Source of the DNA: Octopus vulgaris
Taxonomy: Eukaryota
DNA: 64,000 nt
NCBI GenBank assembly: GCA_951406725.2
Contig: OX597826.1
Span: 71,548,001 to 71,612,000, forward strand
Reading direction: 5' to 3'
In this document: piece by piece, positions 61,390 through 64,000 of the stretch
Layout of the letters: each line of letters opens with the position of its first letter
How positions within the stretch are numbered: the first letter of the stretch is position 1
Notes under the pieces: generated by a model
The model's input: only the letters and a program-made list of their open reading frames with translations
Databases searched by the model: none
What the model was told of the DNA's origin: nothing
Program-made: the position numbers and the translations under genes

Positions 61390-61695
61390 TGGAAGCACAT
61401 GGCCTAGTGGTTAGAGCAGCAGACTTGCGGTCGAGGGATCGCGGGTTCACATCTCAGACCTGGTGATGTGTGTGTTTGTGAGCGAAACACCTAAGCTCCA
61501 CGCGGCTCCGGCAGAAGGTAATGGTGAAACGTCTGCTGACTCTTTCGCCACAAATTTCTCTCACTCTTTCCTCCCGCATCTTGCAGCTCACCTGCGACGG
61601 ACCGGCGTACCGTCCAGGTGGGGAACCTATATGCCAAGGAAACCGGGAAACTGGCCCTATGAGCCAGACGTGGCTCAAGAAAGAACAAACAACAA
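61390..61695 (+). mobile_element. tRNA(Arg)-like SINE, family C, tail type 3
   Basis: Head related to 40300 and 52060. Tail GGACCGGCGTACCGTCCAGGTGGGGAA...GAAACCGGGAAACTGGCCCTATGAGCC, related to the older element at about 55375-55605(-). Confidence 0.75.
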
Positions 61696-62301
61696 GCTGA
61701 GGAGGAGGTGATATCAAATATGGTGTAACAGAATTAAGAAGGAAGCAGACAGAAAATAATTATATAAAACAATAACAGAACAATAACAAACGGTGGTGCA
61801 CCAGCATGGCCGCAGCTCTGAGCTGAAACTAAAGGAAAAAAAAGGCTTTAATTCACACACACACACACACCTCTATCTATATTTGTATAAATGTGGTTTC
61901 CAGCATTAGGTTGCAGTCATGCGGGTTATCATTTTTAAGGATTTTAGTCAACTAAATCCACCACAGTACTTTTGGTACTTATTTCAGAGATCAACTAAGA
62001 TGCAAAATTATGTGACTGTTGGTATTAAGAGAGACTGATAACTTCGTTAGACATGATTACTGCAGGGTATTTCTGTTTGAATGCACCAGTTTATTGTTCA
62101 CCAGACTGATATGCATAAACATACACACACACACACACGACAAGCCTCTAAGAAGTTTCTTTCCCTTAAATTCCATTCACAAGGCAGCGGTGTACTTGAA
62201 ACTATATTAGAAGATACTTGCCCAAAATGCCATGCACTTAGAATTGAACCCCAAAATCAAATTGCAAAGCAGACGTCCTAACCACACAGCCATGCCTGTG
62301 C

Positions 62302-62338
<37 letters not shown>

Positions 62339-62577
62339 TTTACTCGTTTCAGTCATTTGACTGTGGCCATGCTGGAGCACCGCCTTTAGTCGAGCAAATC
62401 GACCCCAGGACTTATTCTTTGTAAGCCCAGTACTTATTCTATCGGTCTCTTTTGCCGAACCGTTAGGTTACGGGGACCTAAACACACCAGCATTGGTTGT
62501 CAAGCAATGTTGGGAGGACAAACACAGACACACAAACATATACACACACATACATACATACATACAACGGGTTTCTA

Positions 62578-62635
<58 letters not shown>

Positions 62636-63350
62636 CATATATACACACACACAATTTGATGTAGGGAGTGGATGAAGTACCCATGGCAATAACAATTACA
62701 AATGTCAAAAAGTAGGAGGAAAAAAACTGTGATTAAAAACAATAAATAATTCAGACAAAAACAAAAAAAGAATGATTTTTTAATCAGTTTCTACTCCAGC
62801 CACCTCCGTTAGATCTCTTACAATAATACTTTTAGTACAGCAAGATCTTACAAGCATGTACTAACGAATCTATTCTCATGACAGATTAATATTTTCAGAG
62901 AGACAGAGGGCAAGAGAATAGTTTATACATTAAAACTAAAAGAGCAATGGGTGGAAATGAGGAACACTATATATAGAAAAATGGTGTGTGTGTGTGTGTG
63001 TGTGTGTGTGGAAGGGTCAGTTCATCAAAGGACAAAGAAAAGTAAACATATTTTTTTGTAGCATGTTATGGCATTGTGTCAGCTGAATTTAAAGCAGAAA
63101 GCTACGGTAGAAAAAGTGCAGTGATTTTATTTTTAACCTTTATGAAATGACTTGAGATCTACCAAGCCTCACCATATTTCCCCCCACCATAAAAAGTAAG
63201 ATAGGGTTTCGCTGGAACGGCAGAACATTTGCTTCCCAACCATATGGTTCCACGTTCAGTCCTACTGTATGGCACTTTGGGCAAGCGTCTTGAGTCTCAG
63301 GTTAACCAAAGACTTGTGAGTGGAGTTGGTAGGTGGAAACTGAAAGAAGC

Positions 63351-63400
<50 letters not shown>

Positions 63401-64000
63401 GATAGATAAAGATGGAGACAAGCACCAACGTCCCATGTAGCTTGATAATTGCTAAGATTTCTCTCAGCATGAAACCAATGGTAGCCTTGTTAACCCACAA
63501 ATAAAGTACATGTATATGTGTTTGTCTCCCACCACCACTTGACAATTGGTGTTGGTGTGTTTACATCCACTATAACTTAGCAGTTCATAAAAAAAAAGAC
63601 CAATAGAATAAGTACAAGGCTTACAAAAATAAGCACAGGGAGGGGGGGTCAATTCATTCAATATGCTCCTAGAATGACAACTTAGTACTAAGACTATCAT
63701 AAAGTAACATTCTATCATGATGAAGACGATGTGCAATTTGATAAACTGTCGTCAACTTTTTCCAATCTAAATTAGTTCGATCAGAAGAATACATTAACGC
63801 CTGAATTGGTGGAGAAAGGCAATATTGCTGATACATGTTATAATAGCCCTGTTTTTCACCACATGGTATAATAACAACCCTGCCACTCACCACATGGTAC
63901 AATAGCCATCTTTTACAACATGGTTCAACAATAGCCCTGTTATTCACTACATGGTACAACAACCCTGCCACTTATTGCATGGTATGACTACAGCCACGCA

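Noticed and set aside
63835-63995. Diverged ~29-bp tandem repeat (ACATGGT...)
   Set aside because: Short, degenerate and cut by the window edge; nothing further can be supported.

Overview
AT-rich, repeat-dense animal DNA. The SINE families, (TA)/(CA)/(GAT) microsatellites and large introns look like an octopus (cephalopod) genome; that assignment is inference. Two convergent protein-coding genes are supported: an intronless GT31 beta-1,3-galactosyltransferase-like CDS (14000-15313, +) and the last two coding exons of an NTF2-related export protein NXT/p15 (47549-47693 and 22253-22410, -), which the ORF track misses and which are separated by a 25-kb intron. Most of the rest is transposon debris: several tRNA-derived SINE families, an RTE-tail element ending in (GAT)n, Tc1/mariner, hAT, piggyBac and Helitron relics, and Hero and RTE LINE fragments, often nested. 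The most unusual items are a 63 x 68-bp self-complementary minisatellite grown from a retroelement subrepeat, hammerhead-ribozyme motifs in Penelope-like remnants, a 1.5-kb inverted repeat, a Hero insertion flanked by a 63-bp duplication, and two short local duplications about 9 kb apart. Repeat boundaries were read by eye and are approximate unless termini are quoted.
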